DNA of 64,000 bases from Hormiphora californensis (lineage: Eukaryota; Animalia; Ctenophora), in the NCBI GenBank assembly GCA_020137815.1, contig CM035356.1, positions 4,216,001 through 4,280,000 of the forward strand, written 5' to 3'. A model generated the notes under the pieces. That model was not told the origin of the DNA. It worked only from the letters and a program-made list of their open reading frames with translations, and made no database searches. Shown in pieces: positions 29,990 to 57,151 of the stretch (within the stretch, counting starts at the first letter, position 1; each line of letters starts with the position of its first letter). A program made the position numbers and the translations under genes.

Positions 29990-31910
29990 ATTTGAACCAG
30001 AAAGGTCGATTTATGGGGGGTCCTTCCCCGAACAAAAAGTCGTATCTCGCACCCTTCTGGATTTATTCACATATTTTTGATTTTATGCATATCTTGAATA
30101 TCTTGAAACTGGCTCATGCTAGAAACATGAAATTTAGCTCATCCGAAGCAAAAAGATCGATTTATGGGGGGTCGTTCCCCAAACAAAAATTCGTATCTCG
30201 CACCCTTCTGGGTTTATTCACGTATTTATGATTTTATGCATATCTTGAATATCTTGAAACTGGCTCATTATAAAAAAGGTCGGAACGATGCCGTGGTGCT
30301 GATCTCCTATTACGAATGGCGTTCAGCACATCACACACGAATGGCATCATCCACTGCTGCACTGAATGGCTTATTCTATAAATTTTTGATTAAGATAATT
30401 TGACGTAGAAAGGTAGAAGTGCATGGGAATTTACCAAAAGGGGAGAAACATTATACCAAAAAGATGAGAAACTAGTACCAAAAACCAATCAAATTGGTTT
30501 GGATAACCCGGGGCCCAAAGGCGTCGGGATGCAAAATTTTAGTGATAAAAAGGATTACTTGTACAGGATAGTCTAAAAAGGCGTCAAGACTACAGCTGTA
30601 GCTGATAACCTTTGGGCCCCGGGTTATCCAAACCAATTTGATTGGTTTTTGGTACTAGTACATACATACATACAAGGCACGACCATTTTGCAAACATTCG
30701 CCTGGAAAAACGGCTAAAGCTAGAGCCCTGAAATTTTAAACTTAGGTTACTCTAGTTATTATGTGTGTAGTAGGCTATGTGGCATCTTGATTGAAGATCA
30801 TTAAGTCATTAATTATGCATAATTTATGTATGAATTTATGAATATCTCGGTAATGACTCATACTAGAGAGAAATCAACGGTTCTAACCGACGCAAAATAT
30901 TCTATTTATGGGGGGTCTTACTCGGGACAATTTTCTCTAACTTTTACCGTTAAGGAGTTATATGCACATAATTATGACAATATGCATATCTGAATATCTC
31001 AAGTTCTACTTATGATAGCGGCTTTTCATTGGTCGCATTAGACGGAGAATAGTGGATTTATGGGGGGTCTTCCCCCGGACAAAAAGTCATATCTTGCACC
31101 GTTAAGCCGTTATTCGCATATTTATGCACCGATTCATGATTTATGCATTTTCTGAATATTTCCACTTCAGCTGGTCCTAAAAAGTTTTCGTGGATATATT
31201 TCGACGCAGAATGGTCAATTTATGAGGGGTCTTCCCCCGGACAAAAAGTCATATCTTGCACCGTTAAGCCGTTATTCGCATATTTATGCACCGATTCATG
31301 ATTTATGCATTTCGACGCAGAATGGTCGATTTATGGGGGGTCGTCCCCCAGACAAAAAGTCGTATCTCACACCGTTTAGCCGTTATTTGCATAATTATGC
31401 GCCGATTCATGATTTAATGCATATTCTGAATATTTCCACTTCAGCTGGTCCTAGAATGTTTTCATGGACATATTTCGACGCAGAATGGTCGATTTATGGG
31501 GGGTCGTCCCCCAGACAAAAAGTCGTATCTCACACCGTTTAGCCGTTATTTGCATAATTATGCGCCGATTCATGATTTAATGCATATTCTGAATATTTCC
31601 ACTTCAGCTGGTCCTAGAATGTTTTCATGGACATATTTCGACGCAGAATGGTCGATTTATGGGGGGTCGTCCCCCCGGACAAAAAGTCGTATCTCGCACC
31701 GTTTAGCCGTTATTTGCATATTTATGCGCCGATTCATGATTTTATGAATAATCTGAATATTTCCACTTCAGCTGGTCCTAGAAAGTTTTCATGAACATAT
31801 TTCGACGCAGAATGGTCAATTTATGGGGGGTCGTCCCCCGGACAAAAAGTCGTATCTCGCACCGTTTAGCCGTTATTTGCATATTTATGCGCCGATTCAT
31901 GATTTTATGA
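29990..31910. repeat. TE-associated tandem repeats of about 163 bp (about 30880-31910) with related units at 29990-30270
   Basis: Recurrent CGACGCAGAATGGTCGATTTATGGGGGGTCGTCCCC...AAAAGTCGTATCTCGCACC core. Confidence 0.85.
30473..30660. mobile_element. Hairpin MITE
   Basis: About 48-bp inverted arms ACTAGTACCAAAAACCAATCAAATTGGTTTGGATAACCCGGGGCCCAAAGG. Confidence 0.7.
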
Positions 31911-32092
31911 AAATTTGTTGATAGAACTAACCTGTTGTTTGAAGAATCAAAACGAAAACAAAATCATGTTACAACAATTAATAAACTAAAACACTGTCAG
32001 GCCATCTCCCGTGATTGAAATACTGTTTGCTACACACAAATTTAGCAGTCTTATCTCTTTCACTATCTCCATATCTCACTTCATAATCTCTT

Positions 32093-32175
<83 letters not shown>

Positions 32176-32178
32176 TCT

Positions 32179-33754
<1,576 letters not shown>

Positions 33755-33851
33755 TTTCACAAATGAAGTGAATTGACTGTCAGGTTTTACATTTTGGTAA
33801 AGTCTCTCACCCTCCCGTGACCTATCATGCCTTGTGTCTTCAGTGTTGAAC

Positions 33852-33945
<94 letters not shown>

Positions 33946-33950
<5 letters not shown>

Positions 33951-36212
33951 CTTTGTTAGGAACATCATAGACACACTCCTCTTCATAAATATTAGATCTT
34001 GACAATCCTCCCTGCTCCACTGTTTCCATAGCAACTTCCTCAGGACTCGTATCAAGGGCCCGGTTAAAAGCCGATGGTAAATATTCCTTTCTCTTTTTCC
34101 ATAGAGCCACTGCCGCCAATAGAAAAACAATCAATATAATCCCAACCAGGGTCAAACTACTAAGAACCAATGCAGCTTGAGCTTTTTTGTCTTCCCTATC
34201 TTCCCTATCTTCCTCCTTCTCAACTTTATTTTCCTTCGCCACGCAACGTCCCATACCGGCACCCATATCCAAACTCCCTTCAGGACATTTCGTACAATTA
34301 TCACTACCTCTCTCACTGAACCACCCACTGTAACACAGTTTGCAAGTCATGTCCTCTTGGTTTCGATAGGTTCCAGGGGGGCAGTCGCACTTGGATGACC
34401 CCTCAGGGGCTGTTTCGTGTACTTTACAAGGGTTGCAGATTCCGTTGCAGATTCCGTTGTTTCCATCCCTTCGCCACAGCTGCAATATATTTCCTTTATA
34501 CTGGAGCAGTTTGGGATATAATTGACTTCTGAACAAGCGGAGAAACCAGACTTTATTATTTGGCACCCCCTCACAGACAGAGTCTTAAGCCCCAAACTTC
34601 CACTATTATAGCTGGAAGTTGACGATTCCATGTAGTAATCTGAAAATCCATTAGCAGTACAGATTTCTTCTAGTAGAAATGTTGGAATACCGGTGTAGTA
34701 GTATCGTCGATCTCTGGAATAAAAAAGGGATTAAAAAGTGACCACGATTCATGAATTATCAAGTCGAAGAATCATGCTTCAATGTAAAAGGCATGTATGT
34801 AGTTAGTAGGAAAACGTTAAAATCTGGGTGCCTTTCATTGCTAACAATTCGTAGTTTTGGCACGAGCGACGGGTTAGGGCTATCCGTTAGGGTCTGGTTA
34901 GGGTTTGGTTTGGGGTTATCGGTTAGGGCTATCGATTCTCTATCAGTTACCGTTTAGTTTACTCAAATTGGCCATGTGGTTGCGTGGCTATAGCCGTTTG
35001 AAAAAAGTCGGACTAAGTGCCTACTCTTTTGGTAGCGCACACCTGTAAACAGGCTGCAAGGCACCCAGATTATAATCGCGCCCTAGTTAGTACGCAGAAG
35101 GCATGTGGTATTTACCCCGGCCCCCATCCTGGGATGAAGTAGTCACAAACAGGATAAATCGTCCCATTGTACTTCAGCTGTAGGAGGTTGTTTGAATCTA
35201 TCTCAAAGTCAGCAACCGTCACTGCGGATTCACCTAGGGGAACAATGAATAAATGGAAATTAGTTGGCAGGAAAGGTGGTCCAGTATAACAGTGGTTATT
35301 ACCTTGCTCCTGTTTGGTACACGCCAGAATAATATCCTCGCTGTGGTCGCAGTTATTATTCTCATCATTATATTGACACTCCTCAATTGATACGTGACTG
35401 GAATTGCATTGTACATCGTCCAGAGTAATGCCATACGTGACATTAGTGGAGTTAAAGTAGCCATGTCTCCAGTGTTGTGCTGACTCGAATCCCATGGCCT
35501 TGCAGATGAGGTCTGCTGCAAAGAAATCGAAGCTATCATCACAGACAGTGCCATGCCTATACAACAGGAGACCTTCCACGCCGCTCTCGTTGAAGGAGTT
35601 TCCCTTTTTATCAACCAAGGAAAATTCACTGCCGGATAACTCTAAAAAGATGTATATCAAAAGATGTATATGTATAGATTTAGTGTACGAATGAGTTCAG
35701 GGCACCTGAATACAAATCTAACTGACCGCGATATTCACAGGTTAATACAACATCCTCGTTATGACTACAGTCATCAACAAACTCATAGCCACAGTCTTCA
35801 AAGGTTTCAGAGGTATCAGAGCAATCTTATGTTATCCAAAGTGATGGCACGTGACCGCTGCCACGAACTGATAACGCCCGGAGGACGTCCACTGCTGGGC
35901 ACCATCGAAACCTATCTTCTGGCAGATCAGATCGGCTGCCCGGTCGTTAAAGTAGTCGTCACAGACAGTTCCATCATTATAGATGAGAATACCTGCCCTT
36001 CCGGCCTCCATAATTACATTTCCAAGCTCATCCACCAGAGTAAAATTTAGTGTGGAGGTAGAACCTGCAGAGTGGTATAAACAAGATTAGTTTAGTAGTA
36101 GGTTTGGGGCCACCTTTGTGCTTGGCAGCGCAGTGATGAGTGAGGAGTGGTACGATATTATATATGACTGACCTGGTATTGCTAGTAGAAACAAAACGAA
36201 AAGTAAAACCAT
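33946..36212 (-). pseudogene. Receptor gene F: single-module counterpart of D (signal peptide, SRCR, SRCR, derived SRCR, Cys-rich, TM, tail), frameshifted
   Basis: +1 shift at about 35872 and a deletion/duplication at about 34440 break the frame. Confidence 0.75.
34809..35083. mobile_element. 275-bp MITE with 9-bp TSD and GGGTTA-like internal motifs (Mutator-like)
   Basis: TAGTTAGTA duplicated; imperfect TIR GGAAAACGTTAAAATCTGGGTGCC; absent from the paralogous introns of gene D. Confidence 0.88.
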
Positions 36213-36345
36213 TTTCACAAATGAAGTGAATTGACTGTCAGGTTTCACATCTCTCACCGTCCCGTGACAAATGCCTCGTGTTTTGGCCATCTTTTAACCA
36301 ATCTTTTTATTTATTTTTTCTCTCTCACTTTCTCACACACACACA

Positions 36346-36433
<88 letters not shown>

Positions 36434-36450
36434 TCTCTCTCTCTCTCTGA

Positions 36451-36509
<59 letters not shown>

Positions 36510-36601
36510 CTTTCTATCCCCCTCTCTCTCTCTCTCTTTCTATCCCCCTCTCTCTATCTCTCGTTCTATCCCCCTCTCTCTTTCTCTCTCTCTTCCCCCA
36601 G

Positions 36602-37604
36602 GCACAGCCATCTCCAGCAAACCTATCCGTGGATATGGAGTAGCGAGTACAATATCATCTCACCTTGGGCCAACGCTAACGAGGTCTCCAAACTTTACAC
36701 TTACTAGCGCACCCATTGGGTGCGCCTCAAGTAAGGGCTTTTTGATAACCCACCCGGCGAAGCCGGGTGGTTCTTTTCGCCCTTTCAACGTCAAGTAACA
36801 CGGTTGCCATGGCAACTGAATTGGTAACTATGGGGACTGGCCTGTTAAAAGTCATTCGAAATATTAAGAAACTTCCATTGGAAGTTCCAAAAGTGTGAAC
36901 AGCAGCTTTACAGCTTTGGTCATATGAAGTGTTTTATGAAGGAGCACCGTCTCCTAACAACGCACTGAACGAACGACCACCACTTCGACGCGACATCTCC
37001 AAATTATAATATAGATCTAAAGGTAGTTGGGAACATGGTGGATGTTGGAATTCGGTTTATCAAAACGGGACTTTTATCTAGAGTTAAACATCTTCAAATT
37101 ATTAATTTGTTTAACCAATTCCCTTTTTAGGAGCAGATGAGCTTAGCCCGACCTCCCAACTCTTTGTTCGTCACCCAAACTATTCTGACACCACAAAGTG
37201 CAGACCCTATTTTGGGGGTGTTTCGGTCTCCCAGCAACCTTAGAGAGGTATGGAATTTGAGATGTTTTCAATATCATACTATCGGATTCGCGGATAAATT
37301 CTCGAATCTGCTATTAGTTAGTTATCTGTTTGTTGTAACTTATTTGCACCATTCAGTAGAGCCTCGCCATTATTTGAAGGCTTCCAACAAGAAATCTTGT
37401 TAACCTCCATTCCCCCCCCCCCAACAGATGGCAGACAAGCTGACACCCTATCTGAGTCAATGGTTCCGAGAATTCACCCAGTACAAACTAAATATTGCCA
37501 TCGTGGACTTTCAGGACAAGTCGCAGGTGGAAAATCTGATCAAACTGAATCTACCGGCACCAGAAAGTGCAGCAGTGTGTATCCAGAAGGTCACTACCAT
37601 GTAG
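36602..37604 (+). pseudogene. Second copy of PLCXD exons 6-8 (36602-36703+37016-37022, 37131-37247, 37428-37604); exon 6 split by a Helitron
   Basis: HSHLQQTYPWIWSSEYNIISPWANANEVSKLYTY^LK|EQMSLARPP...; phase 2 matches exon 5; near-identical to 27318-27788. Confidence 0.8.
36704..37015 (-). mobile_element. 312-bp non-autonomous Helitron
   Basis: 5' TCTATATTATAA, 3' GC-rich hairpins then CTAG, inserted between A and T with no TSD; removal restores the codon TAT. Confidence 0.9.
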
Positions 37605-39497
37605 GAAGTTGTCAAGCCGCTCTACTTTAGGGGAGCGAACAAACTAGATAGAATCAAAATGGGGGATTTTTATAGAATGGGTTTATTCAAACTTTGAGTT
37701 CTTGAATTTGTCCAGATTTATTGATTTCAATTACATTCAAGGGGCTTCGAAGATATAATAGGAATGGTTTTGTGTTTATTTTATGTGTTGTCAGATCCTT
37801 ATTCATTGTAGAAAAATTCACGCTATTGATAGACTTTTTAGAATTCATTATATGTAGATCAGATCACAAATAGTTCTATAAATATCTTGTTCGTTTTGTT
37901 GCACTTATTTTACTTTTGTTATGCTTACATTATGATTACTTTTCTTAAAACACCGCTGTAATTTATTCAAAAGACTACAAATTCCCATTCCCTAAGTTCT
38001 ATAATTGTTAACCATATATCCCTCAGCTAAACTCCATTATGTTGGGTTTCGTTGCGGATACGGTGATAATGTTTACCACTCAACTCCTGTTTTTTCTCTT
38101 TGGCTACCTTTTCTTCATGCTCCAGCTTTTCAGCAACTATGAGGTATAAATTGTCATATATTTGTGATTTGTTATGTTCTAACCCTCCTTTACAGGTGTC
38201 ACACTAATTAATTAGTGTGTAAGGTGCTCACATGTAGAAATACATTTGTTCATCACTCATCAGTGGCTTGAGGAGCCTGTAAAAGGGAAATCAAGCCTAC
38301 TGCACGAGTTTTCATTATTTTTTCCCCGCCTGGGTGAATGCCGAAGGCATTCACCCAGATGCCTTTTGCAAAAAGGCATAGGGGGTTTAGAATTCGACAA
38401 TTTTACAATTAAATACTAGTGAAGTGTCACGCTTTTCCTGTAACGTAACCTCCTGAGTTGCTGTTGGCAACTATCCAGTGCGGAATGCTGTCACTTACTG
38501 ACTGAACACAACAGGAAGTTCGCGCGCATGTGCGCGGCGCGGCGCCTTTATGTTGCACTTGCAATTACAATTGTTCATAGATTTGTCATCGCGCCCTACG
38601 TCATTGTGCAATGAACATTGTTCTGCATTTGTGATCAGAACAGCGACTTATTATTACTAGGATATCACATAGCTCAGGCAACCCATCAGCTATACCGGCT
38701 CACGTATCATATCAGTGCTCAATTAGAAGCAGTTGTGGCAACTGGCACATGCCAGATCACATGGTTGGCTGGGAAATCAGGCGGTATGGCATTATACCGC
38801 AATTATTCTTGTTATATATTTACATTTGCGTGGGTGGGGCACGCGAAACAGAGTCTAGCTAGGCAATTTGTGATTTACCGGAATCCCAATTTACTGGGCA
38901 AAACCCATTCCCGGAGTATCCCGGTAAATCGGGGTCCAACTTGATTTGTTGTACTAGCCGTTCTCGTACACTTCAGCTCTCAGAAAGAAAGGCGCTGTAC
39001 GTGCTTACGTTTATGTGTGTGTAAATCACAACCAGTGACATACATGGAATTTGTAAACTAATCATATAATTAATAGCTTTCTAAAAATTAATTGCTTACA
39101 CTTTGTTAGATTTTGGTAGTGAAATTGATGTGACTAAATGTTTACACACCCAAGATTTGTGAAATGATTTAGCCTGGCTCGGAAAATTTGAAACTTTGCC
39201 CAGTACATGCCTACACTGTCAGAATCTGACTTGCTCAACCCCCTTCAAGAATGAATATAATTCAATTGTAACAGTCTTACTCTTTATCACACTTATCAAA
39301 CTAGAAAAAAACAACGCTGGCCATGAAACCGTTTATCAATAACCAAATTTATAGTGAAAGCCTGGGACCCCAAAATTTTTCAAACCAAAACTAAATAAAA
39401 GTACTAGTGATGATATCGAGTTTTTTTATAGGTTTTGATCAGGTTTATAAATATCTCGACCAATAAAATATAATTCTTTACCCCCCCCCCCCTTCAG

Positions 39498-41725
39498 ATC
39501 CACCAAAAAGGAGTCCAAGTTCTGTTTGCGGTGACCTTCACCATGTCTCTATCAATGTTTGAACTCATTATATTTGAGATAGTTGGTGTAATGGACCTCT
39601 CATCTCGACTATTTCACTGGAAGTTAAATCTCTACTTTGCTCTAATTCTCCTCATTGTCGTCCTGCCTATGTATATGAGTTATACACTGTTGAACAGTCT
39701 AAGGTTAGTACTATCTGTGTGTCAAGGGAAGAGGAAGAGCTGTCATGTGACGCGGTATTGTTTTCTACAATTCTTTAAAATGTGACTCGGTCAGATACTT
39801 TTTTATATCGTACAAGCTGATTAAAAATGAGCAGTCCAAAGAACAAGAATCAATAATTATTAGTAAGACCGCTTTGTTTATTTCGGTTGTTTATCTAGTC
39901 ATGAACAATGAAGCTGTTGACTGTTTTGATGACTCACATCTCTATATGCAGGATATTAAAGCAAAAGAGGTTGACTGCTGCAATATGTTTTTTATCCTGG
40001 GTTGTTTACTTCTACTTTTTCTGGAAACTCGGAGACCCATTCCCAATTTTAAACCCAAAGCAGGGGATTTTCAGCATTGAACAGATGATCAGGTTAGGAG
40101 TCAATGTAGTTGTCCAACAGCATTTTCCATTGGCTTTGGAATTTGATTTTCAAACTCGGTTGTGGAGAGGGATAGCGGAGGGCGCGACGACACCACTCAT
40201 TATATCTTGGCGCGCGTTGGCAGACTTCATAGGATAATGCGCGAGCTCCCTTTTACTTACTTCTGTAAACTTGCGCTGACAAGCGCTCCTGTAATTAACC
40301 TAATCTCACTTTTTCAGTCGAGTTGGGGTAATAGGAGTGACCCTAATGGCGATACTATCCGGTTTTGGTGCTGTTAACTGTCCCTATACGTACATGGATT
40401 ACTTCGCTAGGATTGTTACCGCTACAGATGTTAATGTAAGATTTCAAAGTTAATCTTCCTTTTTATTGATATATTTTCCTGTCTGAGATAGTTTCAAATG
40501 TTACCACTATTTCCCGCTTTAGAATCTTGAGAAAAGGATGCTCCAAACACTTGAGATGATTGGAAACAAAAAGAGAAAACTTATTTTGGAGGAAAGGAAG
40601 ACAGTGGCAACAGCTCCTGGACGTGAGTGTTCTTTTTTTATAAACTTTTTTGTACTTAATTGTAAGTTGGTCGTTAGTAGGCCGAGGGGATCTCCCCAAC
40701 CTACAACCCTGTCTGTAATTGTAGACCCTCTCTAACAACAATATAATGTACTCTCTGCAGAGGAGGGTTGGTGGGCCAAGTTCACTTCATCGCTGCGTAC
40801 CAATGAGACAGTAGCACAGTTGTGCGATGAAATCAGCTCCATGGAGGAACTGAGTCGACAGGTTTGGTTGTTTGTTTGTTTGTTTGTTTGTTTGTTTGTT
40901 TGTTTGTTTGTGTTTTTGTTTGTTTGTTTGTTTGTTAATGTTTGTTAATGTTTGTTAATTTGTTAATGTTTGTTTGTTAGTTTGTAATACTAAATCCCCT
41001 CCCTTCACAGCTGTATCTCGAGATTGTGGATATGAACTACATGAGAGAACGCCTAGCGATGAGCAAAACACTTTTGGGAAAATATTTCAACTTTACAGGC
41101 CACATTTTCACAGGTAAATGCTACCAAAACTGTGCCTCATTCGCTCGTTTGCCATTTCTTATTTGATAGAAGAAGACTATTTCTTTTAACAATTACAAAT
41201 GTATTTCAGGATATCTGTTTCTTTTACAACAAATGTATTTCAGGTTATCTGGCCTACAAGATATTCATGTGCACGATCAACATTGTATTCGACAGGGTGG
41301 GTAAAAAGGATCCCATCTCTCGAGGCCTGGAGATCTCCGCTGATTGGCTGGGATTCAAATTTGACTCCCAATTCTGGTCACAACACCTCAGTTTTGTTAT
41401 TGTTGGTGTGATCATCATCTGCTCGATCAGGGGGCTCCTGATCAACCTGATAAAATGGTTCTACGCCATTTCGAGCACCAAATCCAGCAACATTCTCGTC
41501 CTGTTCCTGGCCCAGATCATGGGAATGTATTTCGTGTCTTGTGTCCTACTAATGAGAATGAACCTGCCACCTGAGTACAGGGTCATAATTACAGAGGTCC
41601 TGGGTGATATTCATTTTAATTTCTATCACCGCTGGTTCGATGTTATATTTCTTGTTAGTGCTGTCATTACCATGGGTGTACTGTATGTGACACACCAGAC
41701 TTCACCAGACAAATATCACAAGTGA
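39498..41725 (+). CDS. GPR89: Golgi pH regulator (GPR89/GPHR); exons 39498-39703, 39952-40092, 40318-40435, 40523-40622, 40761-40861, 41011-41113, 41244-41725; first exon not located
   Basis: MFELIIFEI, FWKLGDPFPIL, SRVGVIGVTLMAILSGFGAVNCPY, AQIMGMYFVS, QFWSQHLSF and FYHRWFDVIFLVSA motifs. Confidence 0.95.
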
Positions 41726-42084
41726 TATACTGATTGTGAAAAGAGAAACTGTGCATGGTTGAAGGTCTGTAATTGCCCCACCTGAATAACGTGATATGTG
41801 TACCTGATGAATGACAGTAGAGGCTAAAATAGTATATACAGAGTTTATTGTGTAGGGTTTTTAATTTAGAATTATATGTCAAGGACTTTTTTTGGGAGAC
41901 AGTGTTTTTTAAATTTTTTTGGTATGAAATGTTGTCGCATGTTCCAATGATATGAGTAGCCTGGTGCAAGTTATTTAGATATTTACGTTGACTAGTGGGT
42001 GTTTTTGCATGAAGTGTTCTTGCTGTAGTAACTTATATTTGAATATTTCAATAGTGGGAAAATGTCCGGGTTTTATTCGTTAAA

Positions 42085-42398
42085 AAAAAGGGAAACACCT
42101 CGCCGTGCGAACTACAGTAGTAACTCGACAATACAGTGGACCATTGGCTCCATTGCAACCTATGTGAGATCGATCTCGGTCGCTGTGCGACCTCGATCTC
42201 ACTCAGGCATCAATGTGGCCAAAGTGAACCATTGCTAACGGCACATATCGTCGGCCGTCGCCCCCTTCCCCTATTATGACTCGTTCTGTCAATTGCCGAC
42301 AGATCTGTCAGATCATTGGCCTGACATCAACAGATTATAAACTAGCTGAGATTATTGCCATGCCCCTGTGAGAAGTAGAACGAGGTGTTTCCCTTTTT
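42085..42398. mobile_element. MITE between the convergent 3' ends of GPR89 and OGDH
   Basis: TIR AAAAGGGAAACACCTCG / CGAGGTGTTTCCCTTTT. Confidence 0.6.
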
Positions 42399-42757
42399 GT
42401 TGCAACTTAAAAACACAGAATCTTTCAAATTGAGAACTAATTCAAAAAATACAAATACTCCACATGTCCCAAAGAAACCTACACAGTACACATGCATTTT
42501 AAACCAAAAAAAAGGTTTTTATCAAGCACTTGATAAGGTCAACCAAGGGTTGTGAGATAAGTTAGACAAGTCACACGACCTATTATTTAACACATGGTTC
42601 GGCTCTCTAAAAAACGAAGCACCAGTCTATACAATCTCTCAATCTCCTGGACCTACGAGTACTAAATCATCTAAGTCTCTCTTCTCAGTCCCTCCCTATC
42701 TCTGTCTATCAATGGAATTGTCTGTGCGTTTCCTCATCATCATCAGATCACTGCAGT

Positions 42758-56058
<13,301 letters not shown>

Positions 56059-56381
56059 AGCGTGTTGTTGTTGTTCTTTTTGTGGAGTTTATATCGGTCT
56101 ACTATTCATCTACAAGGAGGAGCCCTGCTATAAAAGGAATATTGGTGTTAGTTTAAATTAAAACACGAAAACATAAGCCATGGTAGTCTGACAGAAAATA
56201 AAAGGAAGAAATAAAACAAACCGCCCGAGCACAAATATAATAGGCGTCCAGCGTGGGGTTATGATAACTGTCTCATCTTGATTTTCTTACAGTAATAAAA
56301 ACTGGAGTCATGTACTGAATATTATGCGTCGACTGAATTTAAGGGACACATATATGTGACAACAATAAATGTTCCTGGTTC

Positions 56382-56714
56382 TCATTTTGTCCAACTGACT
56401 TTGGGAATATCGAAATGCTCAATTAAGCTATCTAAATGTTCGTTAAATTGTTCAACTCGTTCTTTGTGAGAAACTTGCGCTTTCTTCAGGATCTTGTCTC
56501 CTTCACGTTTCTCTTGAGCCTTTTTAAAGGCAATCTCAGCTTTCGTTTTCCGTGTTCCAGATGCGGGTGTATCGACAACCACCGTGTGTTTCTCTTCCTC
56601 GAGAGTTGCCTTTGCCGCTTCTTCCGTCATCCTTTTCTTTTTTTTCTTCTTGTTTACCTTACCATCTTTCACTCCTTTTAGTTTCAGTTTCCCTCCAGCA
56701 AATGAATCAGACAT
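56382..56714 (-). CDS. FAM32A: FAM32A-like protein (DUF1754), intronless
   Basis: GGKLKLKG...TKAEIAF...SHKERVEQFNEHLDSL.EHFDIPKVSWTK. Confidence 0.95.
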   Translation of the reverse strand: MSDSFAGGKLKLKGVKDGKVNKKKKKKRMTEEAAKATLEEEKHTVVVDTPASGTRKTKAEIAFKKAQEKREGDKILKKAQVSHKERVEQFNEHLDSLIEHFDIPKVSWTK

Positions 56715-57151
56715 GGCTACAGGGAATTTTTTAATAAACTGTCGTCTGTCAGGAGTCAGGACTCAGGCCTCCGGCCTCGTCTCCCCGGCTGGCCTTCGCG
56801 GGGACTCCCCGCGAGGGCCAATGGGCCAGGATGATTGTTTAAGTTTCAGCACAAATATAATGATCAAAAGGCTAATTTAAAGCACATCTTGTTAACATTC
56901 TTAAATTCAGACGCTAGAGAACGGCCAGCGTTAAAATCTGGGTGTTTTGGGAGTGCTGACAAACGGTTTTTTAGGGTTAGGGCTAAAGTAGGGTTAGGGT
57001 TAGGGTTGGGGTTAGGCCTTGACATTCCCTACCAGATAAACTTTGAATCAGCCAAAACGGTTGAGTGATTTGGCGGTTAGAGCCATTTTAGTGAATCAAC
57101 TTTTTCGGCAGCGCGCACCTGTAAACAGGCCTCCAAACACCCAGATCGTAA

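Noticed and set aside
38026-38280. Minus-strand ORF remnant GGLEHNKSQIYDNLYLIVAEK (also at 28208-28393)
   Set aside because: No start or convincing upstream exon; cannot assign a product, possibly a transposase relic
56970-57015. TTAGGG runs as a telomere
   Set aside because: Short, degenerate and internal to a dispersed MITE family (also at about 34870 and 59780)
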